A stretch of DNA of 64,000 nucleotides from SAR324 cluster bacterium. Its GTDB lineage: Bacteria > SAR324 > NAC60-12. Numbering within the stretch: the first letter of the stretch is position 1; the number at the start of each line of letters is the position of its first letter. The position numbers and the translations under genes were made by a program. Positions 50,489 to 60,279 of this stretch are shown here, in pieces. The stretch covers positions 689-64,688 of the forward strand of contig JAQWOT010000358.1 in NCBI GenBank assembly GCA_029245725.1, in the 5' to 3' direction. The notes under the pieces are model-generated. The model did no database searches. It saw nothing but the letters and a program-made list of their open reading frames with translations, and was not told where the DNA came from.

Positions 50489-51550
50489 CTATTTGACTAC
50501 ATCGATTTGCTTTCGGTTGAGTGAAATAGCAATTGCGGTGATTAACAAAATTCCTCTGGCTATTCTGCTCCATGAAGGGGGAACCCCAGCTATTGTCAAA
50601 CCGTTTGCTACAATGGTAAGTGTCAACGCGCCTACAACAGTTTTCAAAACACTACCGTAGCCTCCTGTAAGCACTGTTCCCCCAAGTGCAACAGCCGCAA
50701 TTGCATCCAACTCAAGCATTTCACCTGCTTGAACAGTAGCTGCTCCAGAGCGTGCTAGATTGATGAAGGATGCCAGCCCAACCATAAAACCTGCGGCAGC
50801 AAAGACTTGAATCTTGAACCAATTAACTGAAATACCTGTTAATCGAAGTACTTTTTCGTTGCCACCAAGTGCTTTTAGCTGCTGACCAAAAACTGTTTTT
50901 TCATAAACAATCCAGAGCAGTACGGCAACAGCTACCGTGAAGTAAAGAATCTGTGGAAACTGACCTAGATCCAGCAGCCACTTCGCTTCGATTGAAGTGA
51001 TATTACTATTACTCATTGGCTGATCACTGACATAGATGGAGCGACCATCTGAAACAATCACCAGAACAGCTCTCACGATAATCAGCATCGCCAGTGTGGT
51101 TACGAAAGAGGAGATTTTGAAAAGTGAGAAAATCGTCCCATTGAGTACACCAATGAAAACTGCTGAACATATTCCAACCAGAAAACCCAACTCACCAAAC
51201 CAGAGCATTCCCAAGGCAGCCATGTAGGCGCTAAAACCTAAATTTGAACCAACAGAGATATCGATTGACCCTGTAGTGACAACGAGAAGCTGAGCAAAAG
51301 CCAATAGTAGTAAGACCGGTGTCTGCTGCGCAATAAACGTCCAGTTTCGGACAGACATGAATCTGTCTCCACTGATGAACCAGAACAACAGGATTACCAA
51401 AGTAATTGCGATGAATGGCACATTATCGCGAATCCGCCCAATCCAAACCCGACCCTCGGGAGAATCCCACCAAAGCATACCTAACTTGGCCGTTAACAAA
51501 TTAGCCTCATCATTTGGTCGAATCACTTCCTTATCAACGTCACTTGCCAT
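50489..51550 (-). CDS. Sugar ABC transporter permease (RbsC/FrcC-like)
   Basis: GSIDISVG, SFVTTL, GGN..GI, ELDAIAAVALGG motifs. Confidence 0.93.
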   Translation of the reverse strand: MASDVDKEVIRPNDEANLLTAKLGMLWWDSPEGRVWIGRIRDNVPFIAITLVILLFWFISGDRFMSVRNWTFIAQQTPVLLLLAFAQLLVVTTGSIDISVGSNLGFSAYMAALGMLWFGELGFLVGICSAVFIGVLNGTIFSLFKISSFVTTLAMLIIVRAVLVIVSDGRSIYVSDQPMSNSNITSIEAKWLLDLGQFPQILYFTVAVAVLLWIVYEKTVFGQQLKALGGNEKVLRLTGISVNWFKIQVFAAAGFMVGLASFINLARSGAATVQAGEMLELDAIAAVALGGTVLTGGYGSVLKTVVGALTLTIVANGLTIAGVPPSWSRIARGILLITAIAISLNRKQIDVVK

Positions 51551-51562
51551 ACAACGCTCCTT

Positions 51563-52309
51563 TCAGCCGGTCGTAATGGCTTTAACAAGCTCATCAATAT
51601 TGACTTCATTTCTCAAAAATTCCCTCGATGTGTTTCCTTGGTGGACAACGACCAGGCGATCTGCCAATCGAAAAACTTGATCCAAATTATGGCTTATCAG
51701 GATGGTAGCGGTATTCCGTTTTCGTATTTCGTTTATGACGCGCTCAACCTGTTGTGTTTCGTTTGGCCCTAACGCTGCTGTAGGCTCATCGAGGATTACA
51801 ATCTCTTTTCCCCAGGCAATAGCCCGCCCGATGGCAATGCTTTGTTGCTGACCTCCAGACATCTCTGAAATTGGGCGTTTGAGGCTCTGAACTGTTTCCA
51901 CTTTGAGGTCTGCAAGCACCTCTCTTGTCTTTGCCTCCATTTGCCTTTCATCAACAAAAATTCCAAATTTTCTTGGAATTCTGCCGAGAAAGAGATTGTA
52001 GGGAGCTGTCATGTTCGGGACGATTGCCAAATCTTGATAAACAACTTCGACACCCATCTGCCTGATAAAGCCAACACTGTGGTCTTGACGAGTAATTCGA
52101 TTTCCCCGAATGCTGATGTAACCCCGATCTGGAGCAAGAACGCCAGCAATGATTTTGATTAGAGTTGATTTGCCTGCTCCATTTGCTCCAACAATAGCGA
52201 GGACCTCTCCAGGAAAAAGTTTGAGTGAGCCTTCTCGGAGTGCTTCCACTCCACCAAAGGCTTTACTGACACTATTTACCTCTAAAATGGATTGAGAAGT
52301 ACTCTTCAT
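51563..52309 (-). CDS. Sugar ABC transporter ATP-binding protein (single domain, FrcA-like)
   Basis: GANGAGKST, VVYQDLA, MSGGQQQ, ILDEPTAALG. Confidence 0.95.
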   Translation of the reverse strand: MKSTSQSILEVNSVSKAFGGVEALREGSLKLFPGEVLAIVGANGAGKSTLIKIIAGVLAPDRGYISIRGNRITRQDHSVGFIRQMGVEVVYQDLAIVPNMTAPYNLFLGRIPRKFGIFVDERQMEAKTREVLADLKVETVQSLKRPISEMSGGQQQSIAIGRAIAWGKEIVILDEPTAALGPNETQQVERVINEIRKRNTATILISHNLDQVFRLADRLVVVHQGNTSREFLRNEVNIDELVKAITTG

Positions 52310-52310
52310 C

Positions 52311-52715
52311 AGTTAATCGTTTGAAAATTCATATGACGCATTATTTCCAGTCACTCTGAACCAGATTCCATTTTCCAGGCTAACTCAATATCTGCGCACA
52401 ATCTGTTGTTCAACACCCTCAAAACATTTGGTGTATCTGTGCGCTCATAGTGAGCTTCTACTTTGATTATTACTTACCCACTCCCATTTTTTTATTAAGC
52501 TCTCTACATCATAGGACACAGGGGAGCCCTTCAATTTTGATATTGGGGTTTCAACTCCCTGATATTCGATGAATTTTGAATTCATATAATCCATCGAAAA
52601 GTGAAAGCCATCAATCCCAACTGCTTGCATTGAAAATGCTTCCAAACATTTTACTGAGTTTCACCAGTGTTGCCGCAAAAGTTGATTTGCCATTGCCAGG
52701 TGGACCAGCTAAATT
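52311..52715 (-). pseudogene. FrcK-like P-loop kinase remnant
   Basis: AGPPGNGKSTFA, frameshift, VGIDGFH, KGSPVSYD; truncated at both ends. Confidence 0.75.
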
Positions 52716-52872
52716 TAGTTTTGCAAGTGTGTTTAAATTTCAATTATTTTATACTTTCTTTCTATTTCTCTCCATACTGGTTTATAAACAAATTCTAATT
52801 AATTACTCATAATCTTTATTTTGGAATAAAATCCATTGATTTGAAGGTCTATATTCATTTTAAATGAAAGGT

Positions 52873-53808
52873 TCAAATCATTTTAATGAGAGATTTTAAT
52901 TCTTCTTTTTCAATACTTGCTCCTAACTGCTGCAGTGACAAAGCGGCTACTTTATTTCCAAATTCTGCACACCAATCAATTGGCTTTTCTATACTCAGTC
53001 CATAAACAAACCCAGCACTGAAATTATCACCAGCACCAGTGGTATCAGACACCTCAGATGCATTAACAATTGCAGGTAATCTAAAAGATTGCTCATTATT
53101 TAAGATGAAAACTCCCTTAGAACCCAGCTTAAGAACAACGTTCTGAACCCCTTTCTCTAAAAAGAATTTTGCAAGGTCTTCGGGCTGTTCGTTAGGGTAT
53201 AGATGAGCAAGATCATCAGAACTGGGCATTAAGTAGTCTACAAAGGGAAGACAGGATTCGAATATATTCCTTTGTAAACCCAAAACACCCCAAGTTTCAT
53301 CAAGAACGGTCAAGATGCCACGCTGTTGAGCATTCTCTAACAGATTTAACAGAGGTGTTCCATCAATCCTTGGGAGATTGAATAGGTCTGGATAGACGAG
53401 AATGTCACAAGCGTACAGATCCTCCAAATCTAGATCATTTAACTTAAATTCTGAAAGGGCACCATGATATGACATGAAACTACGCTCGCCATCCTGATTA
53501 ACACCAACAATAACTGTTGATGTAGATTTTTTATCGGTTTTTCTAAGAGAGTTTCTTGTTTTTACACCGGCAACTTTCAGTTCTTCTTGAAGATAATCTC
53601 CCTGCAAATCATTACCAATCTTGCTGAACAAACGTACATTTGCTCCCATTTTTGCCAGTGAAAGTGAACAATTCGTTGCGCCACCTCCAGGAGATGATTT
53701 CAATTCATCAACAAATATATTAGTACAAACTTTTGGCTCTGGATAGCTAGCAACAGGACTCAACAAGATGTCAACTAAGCAACTGCCAATGCAATTCACT
53801 GTTTTCAT
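52873..53808 (-). CDS. PfkB family carbohydrate kinase
   Basis: PGGGATN, GNDLQG, VLKLGSKG, DTTGAGDNFSAG. Confidence 0.95.
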   Translation of the reverse strand: MKTVNCIGSCLVDILLSPVASYPEPKVCTNIFVDELKSSPGGGATNCSLSLAKMGANVRLFSKIGNDLQGDYLQEELKVAGVKTRNSLRKTDKKSTSTVIVGVNQDGERSFMSYHGALSEFKLNDLDLEDLYACDILVYPDLFNLPRIDGTPLLNLLENAQQRGILTVLDETWGVLGLQRNIFESCLPFVDYLMPSSDDLAHLYPNEQPEDLAKFFLEKGVQNVVLKLGSKGVFILNNEQSFRLPAIVNASEVSDTTGAGDNFSAGFVYGLSIEKPIDWCAEFGNKVAALSLQQLGASIEKEELKSLIKMI

Positions 53809-53853
53809 TTTAAAGTACTTCTAGGCAGTTGATTTATTCATATTTCATGTTAT

Positions 53854-55041
53854 TCAAAGTAGTTCACTTTGAATAACATGGTGAAAACTTCCACTAATAA
53901 CTAAGTCTTTCTGTGGAGCTAACTGAAATTTTATATTTTTAAATACACTTGGTAGAACATTATTTTGAACATAGCTCTTAATACTCTCCACAAAGCACTC
54001 CCCAAATCTTGCATACTCATCCCCAATAACAATCAAATCTGGATTCATCAAATTGATAGAATTTACTAGACCTTTTGCAAGATACTTAGCAACTAGTGCA
54101 ACTTCCTTTACAATCAAAGGGTGCTGCTCCCTATAAGCTACTACGACTTCCTCAAAAGAAATTGGTTTAGATGAAATTTTATACCAATGTTCTTCTAGGT
54201 TTCTAAGCAATGCTAGACTGGAACTGTAAATTTCCAGGCAACCCCGATTTCCACACTTGCAAAGTGGACCATTTAGATCAATCGAAGTATGTCCAATTTC
54301 GCCAGCTGTTCCCAAACTTCCCCTGAACACCTCCCCATTGAGAACTATTCCTGCGCCAATGCCTTGACCTGCGGACAAATACAGGGTCACTTTTGAGTTC
54401 GAATCCAATCCCTGGGAAATCCAAACGGCTAACGCAGCAGCCTTTGCATCATGTTTCGAATAGACAGGAATCTGCTCATAATGCGATCTCAACTGCTGAA
54501 TTAAATCAAACTGGTGCCAGTCTGTTGACTCCGTAATGAGTACAATTCTTTCTGAATCTTCCAGAAATGGCCCTGGCAGAGTAACTCCAATTCCCAACAA
54601 ATTTTCTTTGCACAGTTCCAAAAATGTGTTCAGCGATTCAACGATTTGCTCAAAAATGCTCTCTGCTGTGTTGACCGGTTTTACTTGGATTTCAGTCGAC
54701 TGTAGTATAGAGCCTCTTAAGTCCATCAACGCCACCCTGAAGTTGAGACGTTGAAGCCGGACCACTAAAACCCGGTGAGGATCCGCCGCTATCCTCAATC
54801 CTATAGACCGTCTACCTCTCTGATTCTCCTCCTTTTGAAGTATGCTTTCTTCGACAACACCTTCATCGACTAATTGCTGTACTACTCTCGTTACCGTGGA
54901 AGCGTCTAGTCCTGAGCTCTGAACAATTTCGGACCTAGAACACATTCGTCTTTCATAAATCAAGCGGAGAATAACTCTGCGATTGTATTCTTGAACGCTC
55001 TTAACCGTAAAACCGCGGCTCCGCATTTCATTAACAACCAT
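53854..55041 (-). CDS. ROK family transcriptional regulator (NagC/XylR-like)
   Basis: N-terminal HTH (SRSEI..GLDASTVT), GIGAGIV, AGEIGH, CKCGNRGCLE. Confidence 0.95.
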   Translation of the reverse strand: MVVNEMRSRGFTVKSVQEYNRRVILRLIYERRMCSRSEIVQSSGLDASTVTRVVQQLVDEGVVEESILQKEENQRGRRSIGLRIAADPHRVLVVRLQRLNFRVALMDLRGSILQSTEIQVKPVNTAESIFEQIVESLNTFLELCKENLLGIGVTLPGPFLEDSERIVLITESTDWHQFDLIQQLRSHYEQIPVYSKHDAKAAALAVWISQGLDSNSKVTLYLSAGQGIGAGIVLNGEVFRGSLGTAGEIGHTSIDLNGPLCKCGNRGCLEIYSSSLALLRNLEEHWYKISSKPISFEEVVVAYREQHPLIVKEVALVAKYLAKGLVNSINLMNPDLIVIGDEYARFGECFVESIKSYVQNNVLPSVFKNIKFQLAPQKDLVISGSFHHVIQSELL

Positions 55042-55355
55042 TTATTTTCTCAGTGAAATTAATTTCTACCATCAATTGATTTCCAATTTCAACAAAAAAT
55101 TTATTGCTCAAAAAACTTTCTCAGTACTTGAGAGATTATTTCAAAATCTTTATCCCAGGAGTTAGGGGGATTCTTGAGAGGAATTCAAGGAATTGTCAGC
55201 AGGTGCCTGAAGTTTCATCAAAATCAGGATGGTATTAGGTGGGTATGAAACAGAATTTATTTGAAGTGATTCTTAGGCACAAAAATTTACAACAAATTCA
55301 AGCCTTTGTAGCATTCGACTTAGGCAAGCCTTTGGAAGACCAACCAAAAGAGATA

Positions 55356-56150
55356 CTATTGATAAGTGAAACTCAATGAAGCCCAATAGCTTTTCCAAAC
55401 AGCACCGTTAGCCTGTTCTACCTCCAACATGTGCACGGCGTTCAGCAGGAAAAAGCCAGGGGCCGTCAGTGGGACCTGAGCACGTCCTTTGGCATCTGTT
55501 CTGACTGTGGTCTCTTCTGTTTCACCACCTCTATGAAAGATACGAATCTGAATGTCGGGGAGTGGTTCCCCTTGCCAGAACAACCGCACTGGCAGGCTGG
55601 TGCTCTTTGTCAAGTAAGGGTTTTCTTCTGCCAACAGTTCCAAGGGCATCCCCACCAGTAGATCCTGTCCTTCAGCAGTACCACCCACCGCCAAAGCCTT
55701 GGCACATCTCACATAGTCTTCCCGAAAACCGAACTCGGGTAGACCACGCTCCTGGTGACGTTCCAACACACCTGTCAGCCCTTCGTATTCAATAAATCGC
55801 TCAAACTGTTCCTTTGAGCGGTAACGCATATCATCTGTGCTAGAGACATAATTGATAACGTGTAATCCTGGAGTACGGACCTTCATCGCAAAAGCAGGCA
55901 TGTCGCCCTGCATCCCCTTAACAGGACGTATCCCCTCTGCATCTCGGATTTGAAACTCCTCAAACCAGGATTCAATATAAGGCTGTTGATTGCCCTTGAG
56001 ATGCTGACCAACTCTTAGTTTAATCTTCAGGGTGTCACCCACGGATACCAATGGATTTTCTGGTTCCATCCAAAACTCATGAGCTTGGAGGGGATTGGAC
56101 ACTACCAAGGCTGCGAATAAGCCCAAGAACACTCGTTGGAGAATTTTCAT
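55356..56150 (-). CDS. DUF4198 periplasmic protein (metal-uptake associated)
   Basis: Signal peptide then AHEFWMEP, YVRCAKAL, GMPLEL, WKSYWASL; start taken at MKILQR. Confidence 0.85.
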   Translation of the reverse strand: MKILQRVFLGLFAALVVSNPLQAHEFWMEPENPLVSVGDTLKIKLRVGQHLKGNQQPYIESWFEEFQIRDAEGIRPVKGMQGDMPAFAMKVRTPGLHVINYVSSTDDMRYRSKEQFERFIEYEGLTGVLERHQERGLPEFGFREDYVRCAKALAVGGTAEGQDLLVGMPLELLAEENPYLTKSTSLPVRLFWQGEPLPDIQIRIFHRGGETEETTVRTDAKGRAQVPLTAPGFFLLNAVHMLEVEQANGAVWKSYWASLSFTYQ

Positions 56151-56238
56151 GAAATTCCTCTGTTTTTCAGATGGACTTAAAAATGATTGGGGATTTGGAG
56201 AGAGCCCTTGGCGGATAAGGCAAGTATTCCACTTCCTA

Positions 56239-57351
56239 ATGGTCACAGCTTGCTTGGCGTTATTCCCTAGCCTACTGATGGCCCATGAAATTCGCCCAGC
56301 AATCGCGACCTTTGCAATGCAACCCAACGGCGACTACTCCATCACGATCAGTCTGAACTTGGAAGCGATTCTTTCTGGCATCGGTGCCGAACATGAAGAC
56401 ACAGATGACTCCCCAAATGCGGAGCGCTACAACAACCTACGAGCACTGCCTCCGAATGACTTGCGTTCAGCATTTCAACCCTTTGAAACAGAGTTCCTTG
56501 AGGGAGTAACCCTGCGTTTCGGTGATGACATTGCGGAGAGCCCACAGCTTGGACAACTCACAATTCCAGAAATTGGAGATTTGGAGTTAGCCCGGATTTC
56601 TGAAGTAGTCTTGACCGGAGTAGTGCCTTACGGTGCGGAGAGCTTTGTTTGGCAATGGAAAGAAGCCTTCGGATCAAGTGTTATTCGGGTATTACCGCAA
56701 GGTGAGGGGGACGGGGTCTCTTTCTGGCTGCAAAATGGAGATCCAAGTGAGCCGATCTCGATCGCAGGAATTGACCAGCGGACCCGCTGGGAGCAATTTC
56801 TGGATTACATCATTATTGGCTTTGAGCATATTGTCCCCAAAGGTTTGGATCATATCCTATTTGTGATTGGCATCTTTCTGCTTAGTACCCACTGGAAGCC
56901 CCTACTGACCCAGGTCACTGCATTTACGATCGCCCACTCCATCACACTGGGACTGAGCATTTATGGGATTGTCCAGTTGCCATCAAACATTGTAGAGCCA
57001 TTGATTGCCGCTTCCATTGTTTATGTGGGCATCGAAAATCTCTTCACACAGAAATTACAAAAGTGGCGAGCTGCCGTTGTCTTTACCTTTGGATTGCTCC
57101 ACGGCTTGGGCTTTGCGAGTGTTCTCTTTGAAATCGGCCTCCCTCGCGATGCATTTCTGGAGGGCCTACTCGCTTTCAACATAGGTGTAGAATTGGGACA
57201 GCTTGCAGTGATCGCGGTAGCTTTTGTTCTCATTGGCTTCTGGGGCAGAAACAGAGAGTGGTATCGGCCCTGGGTAATTGTGCCTGGATCCCTGGCGGTA
57301 TCAGTGGTTGGTGGTTGGTGGTTTCTGGAGCGTACAGTACTGGCAGGTTGA
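56239..57351 (+). CDS. HupE/UreJ family membrane protein
   Basis: AHEIRP, GFEHI..GLDHILF, FTIAHSITL, FGLLHGLGFA, FNIGVELGQ. Confidence 0.9.
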   Translation: MVTACLALFPSLLMAHEIRPAIATFAMQPNGDYSITISLNLEAILSGIGAEHEDTDDSPNAERYNNLRALPPNDLRSAFQPFETEFLEGVTLRFGDDIAESPQLGQLTIPEIGDLELARISEVVLTGVVPYGAESFVWQWKEAFGSSVIRVLPQGEGDGVSFWLQNGDPSEPISIAGIDQRTRWEQFLDYIIIGFEHIVPKGLDHILFVIGIFLLSTHWKPLLTQVTAFTIAHSITLGLSIYGIVQLPSNIVEPLIAASIVYVGIENLFTQKLQKWRAAVVFTFGLLHGLGFASVLFEIGLPRDAFLEGLLAFNIGVELGQLAVIAVAFVLIGFWGRNREWYRPWVIVPGSLAVSVVGGWWFLERTVLAG

Positions 57352-57376
57352 AGGGTATTTAAGCTAACTCGATTCG

Positions 57377-58039
57377 TCAGATCCTCCTCCGCGGCAACTT
57401 TGAAAACCGAAACTCTGGGGCTGACAAGCGTTCTGGCGGTCCAATCCAGGCATAGGCCAATAAGCAGGGTTCACGAATACCTACCGTGATCCGATGATGC
57501 TGAGTGGAACGATTCAAGATCAAAGATCCCGGAGCATAGACAGCATTATCATTCTCTGACCAAGCCCCTGCCAAGGAGATATAGCTCTCCTCAATCTCAT
57601 CATGACGGTGTTGGGGGTAGGTGGTCCCTGGAGCAAAGAGCACCAAGCCCAGAATCAATCCTTCCGCTTGAATCGGACCCTGCGGTCCCATCATCTCGCA
57701 ATAGGCATAGCGCTTGGCAAGTTCCCTGGGAACTTTCTGATAACCATACTCCCAGGTGAGTTGGCTCTCCACCCGATACAACACCCGTGACAAATGGGCC
57801 AACGGTCCCGAATCTGCCAAGTCAAGCGCTCGGCCCCAGTGTGCACTGACCGGTTTGTTCTCTGGTTGTCTTGGTGTGTAGTAAGGGTTGCTCTTCGTGA
57901 TTTTACTGATGGCCTCTCGCACACGCCGCTGATGACTCCTGATGATGGGACTTCCTCCCGCAGAGCCCAAGCGATAGACCTGGTCAATTTCCTGGAAAAC
58001 ATACTTCCAGTCTGGTACGTCATTTAATCGATTTTCCAT
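57377..58039 (-). CDS. Cupin protein of the DMSP-lyase (DddQ/DddL-like) family
   Basis: PGTTYPQHRHDEIEESYISLAG and QHHRITVG..EPCLLAYAW cupin motifs. Confidence 0.7.
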   Translation of the reverse strand: MENRLNDVPDWKYVFQEIDQVYRLGSAGGSPIIRSHQRRVREAISKITKSNPYYTPRQPENKPVSAHWGRALDLADSGPLAHLSRVLYRVESQLTWEYGYQKVPRELAKRYAYCEMMGPQGPIQAEGLILGLVLFAPGTTYPQHRHDEIEESYISLAGAWSENDNAVYAPGSLILNRSTQHHRITVGIREPCLLAYAWIGPPERLSAPEFRFSKLPRRRI

Positions 58040-58305
58040 CTGGCCCATAGCAGGGGTAAGAGGATCGACTGTTGGCAATTTTGTCACCGAGGCCAGCACT
58101 AATTGGCTCAAGGCCTAGCAGGTCGCCTGCCAGGCTCAGTGCAGATAATGAGTTTTTTTGTCTATCCGACAAACCTTCCAAAACTTTGGTCAAAATTTGC
58201 TTCAAAATTTCTCTGATTTTCTGCTAAATTACAATTTAAGTTGCGAATAAATCAAATACTTTTCGCAACTTTTAGTTATTTCTTGAATTTTTGCAGGAGA
58301 GAAAA

Positions 58306-58503
58306 ATGGATTTCAAACCAAAGAAAAGATTTTCCAAGAAGGAGTTGAATTACTGGCTTCGCAGAAACTTCACCTGGGATCAAAACAAGTGGAATGAGCT
58401 GCTGACTGATCTAGAGTAGCAAGGTTTTATGGAATGGGTCGGTAATGCTGCGGGAAGAGATGCCCTTGGTTTGTATCTGGAGACCAATCGCCAGCCCGCC
58501 TGA
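58306..58503 (+). pseudogene. Small protein with a single in-frame TAG
   Basis: GGAG RBS; MDFKPKKRFSKKELNYWL..LLTDLE*QGFMEW..LYLETNRQPA*; TAG at 58417-58419. Confidence 0.55.
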
Positions 58504-58551
58504 AAATCATTCGAAAATGACGGCATTCAACACGAGAAAGGTTCTTCGAAG

Positions 58552-59184
58552 TTAGACTGGCTTCTGTACTTGCTCTTGATAAAGACAACCAATCACCCGC
58601 GGAACTCCCTCTAAATAAAAGGTTTGGATCGGCCTCACTTGGAACGGCTGGGAGCAAATGATCTGATCCATCGGACGGTTCAGATGACAGCCATCCCCCA
58701 ATATGTGTTGAATTGGATTCAGACGATATTGCCAGCTCGCTACTTTTGGATCCGGCGATAGGCCGTGCTCCAGAAAACAGAACCGCCCACCAGGTCGCAG
58801 CACCCGCCAGATCTCCTGCACTGCCTGATGCACCTTCGCAATACTACACAGTGTGAAGGTACTCACCACAAAGTCGAAGCTTTCATCTTCCATTGGCAAG
58901 GATTCGCCTGAGAGCACATGATGCTGAACAGGAAATGGTACTTCCTGAATCCGTTGTAGGGCTTTCGGAGCCATCATTGGATTCACATCAACCGCATGCA
59001 CCTCCACAACATTCTTGGAATAAAAGGGAAGATTCAGTCCAGTCCCAAAACCTATCTCCAGCACTTTACCTTGGACTCCATGCAAGCACTGCTGCCGAAG
59101 TGGCTGTAGCTCTTTGCTGGACATTGCCCAATCGCAGAGACAGGGGAAAACGTGTTGAGAGTAGAGTTCTCGAAGTGACATCAA
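58552..59184 (-). CDS. Class I SAM-dependent methyltransferase
   Basis: VLEIGFGTGLN, FDFVVSTFTLC, LRPGG, CHLNR. Confidence 0.92.
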   Translation of the reverse strand: MMSLRELYSQHVFPCLCDWAMSSKELQPLRQQCLHGVQGKVLEIGFGTGLNLPFYSKNVVEVHAVDVNPMMAPKALQRIQEVPFPVQHHVLSGESLPMEDESFDFVVSTFTLCSIAKVHQAVQEIWRVLRPGGRFCFLEHGLSPDPKVASWQYRLNPIQHILGDGCHLNRPMDQIICSQPFQVRPIQTFYLEGVPRVIGCLYQEQVQKPV

Positions 59185-59197
59185 ACCCGGTGAATCT

Positions 59198-59515
59198 TCA
59201 TTCGTTGCTTGTGAGGCTCAAGCGAGTTGAACAGACCTCAATCAAAGGATCCACCAAAGTATTCATGATTTCTTCAGTATTGACCAAGAAGTCTTCGTAG
59301 CTAAACAAAAAATCCAGCACTTCTGCATAACAGACACACGATTCCTCCAGATTGGCTAATTCACTAGCGTTGAGACGACCCGTGCTCTCCAGTGCAGACT
59401 GAATACAACTCGCATTAAATTCTTCGATGTCCACCTCAGGCCAATCCAATTCATAGTCCGCTAGCACGATCATGGGCATCAGCAGAAATGTGATCAACAG
59501 GAAAGTCTGTTTCAT
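59198..59515 (-). CDS. Secreted hypothetical protein with three Cys-containing segments
   Basis: Signal peptide; FNASC, CVCY and EVC segments. Confidence 0.6.
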   Translation of the reverse strand: MKQTFLLITFLLMPMIVLADYELDWPEVDIEEFNASCIQSALESTGRLNASELANLEESCVCYAEVLDFLFSYEDFLVNTEEIMNTLVDPLIEVCSTRLSLTSNE

Positions 59516-59590
59516 TCAGTTGTCTCCGAAACGGTTTGGATGAGCTGGCAAAAAATGAAACAACTGGCCGCTCTCCTTCCTCCTCCAGTT

Positions 59591-60250
59591 TCAATCTTCC
59601 ACTTTTAATTGAACCTCGTTCTTTCGCAAAAACGGCAACGTCCACGGCGGATCATAGCGAGCGGTCCGTACCAAACCCACCACAGTGATTCCTTGCTTCG
59701 TGGCCCACTGCCTCAACTCTTGCTCCTTCTCTTCTAGATCGCGGGCTCCCATTCGTCCACTGAACTGTAAGACTACCATTTGCTCCGGGGAGACCTCCCT
59801 CAAATTCACTTGCTGATCATTGGGAACTGGCGCCGTTTCCAAGTTCCATTTGGAGGGCAAACTGAAGGCCATCCGCCATTGATCTGGCTGTTCACCCTGA
59901 TCCATCTGTACAGGGGCTGTCATCGCAATATTCTCGCTGGCAGCTTCAGCTTTTCCTGCCATTTGAACGGAGGCCGAGCGGGAGAGATTGTTGCCAAAGA
60001 TGTAATCTGCCAGAATCCGGAAGCCATCCCCCGATGCTTCGTCAAAATCTTCTCCCTCCATGAAGACCTCTGCAACTAGATAGGAGGCGTATTCACGAAT
60101 TTCAAAATTACCTTCCTTGATCCGTATCTGATAGGTCGGTTCCTCCAATGCTCGCACTCCCACTACCGAACATGCCGACAAGATCAGGTTGATCATCAAG
60201 ACAACTCCAATTGAACGAAGGAAGAGATTTAAACGCATGGGCTGATTCAT
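59591..60250 (-). CDS. SOUL heme-binding family lipoprotein
   Basis: LSAC lipobox, EEPTY, GFRILADYIFGNN, IAMTAPV, ARYDPPWTLPFLRKNEV. Confidence 0.93.
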   Translation of the reverse strand: MNQPMRLNLFLRSIGVVLMINLILSACSVVGVRALEEPTYQIRIKEGNFEIREYASYLVAEVFMEGEDFDEASGDGFRILADYIFGNNLSRSASVQMAGKAEAASENIAMTAPVQMDQGEQPDQWRMAFSLPSKWNLETAPVPNDQQVNLREVSPEQMVVLQFSGRMGARDLEEKEQELRQWATKQGITVVGLVRTARYDPPWTLPFLRKNEVQLKVED

Positions 60251-60279
60251 CTTAGATTAGTTGATTAGTAGTTGGTGGC

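Noticed and set aside
2273-58503. Stop-codon reassignment or Sec/Pyl read-through as the explanation for in-frame stops
   Set aside because: Internal stops are a mix of TGA, TAG and TAA, replace different residues, co-occur with frameshifts, and all three codons terminate intact genes in the window.
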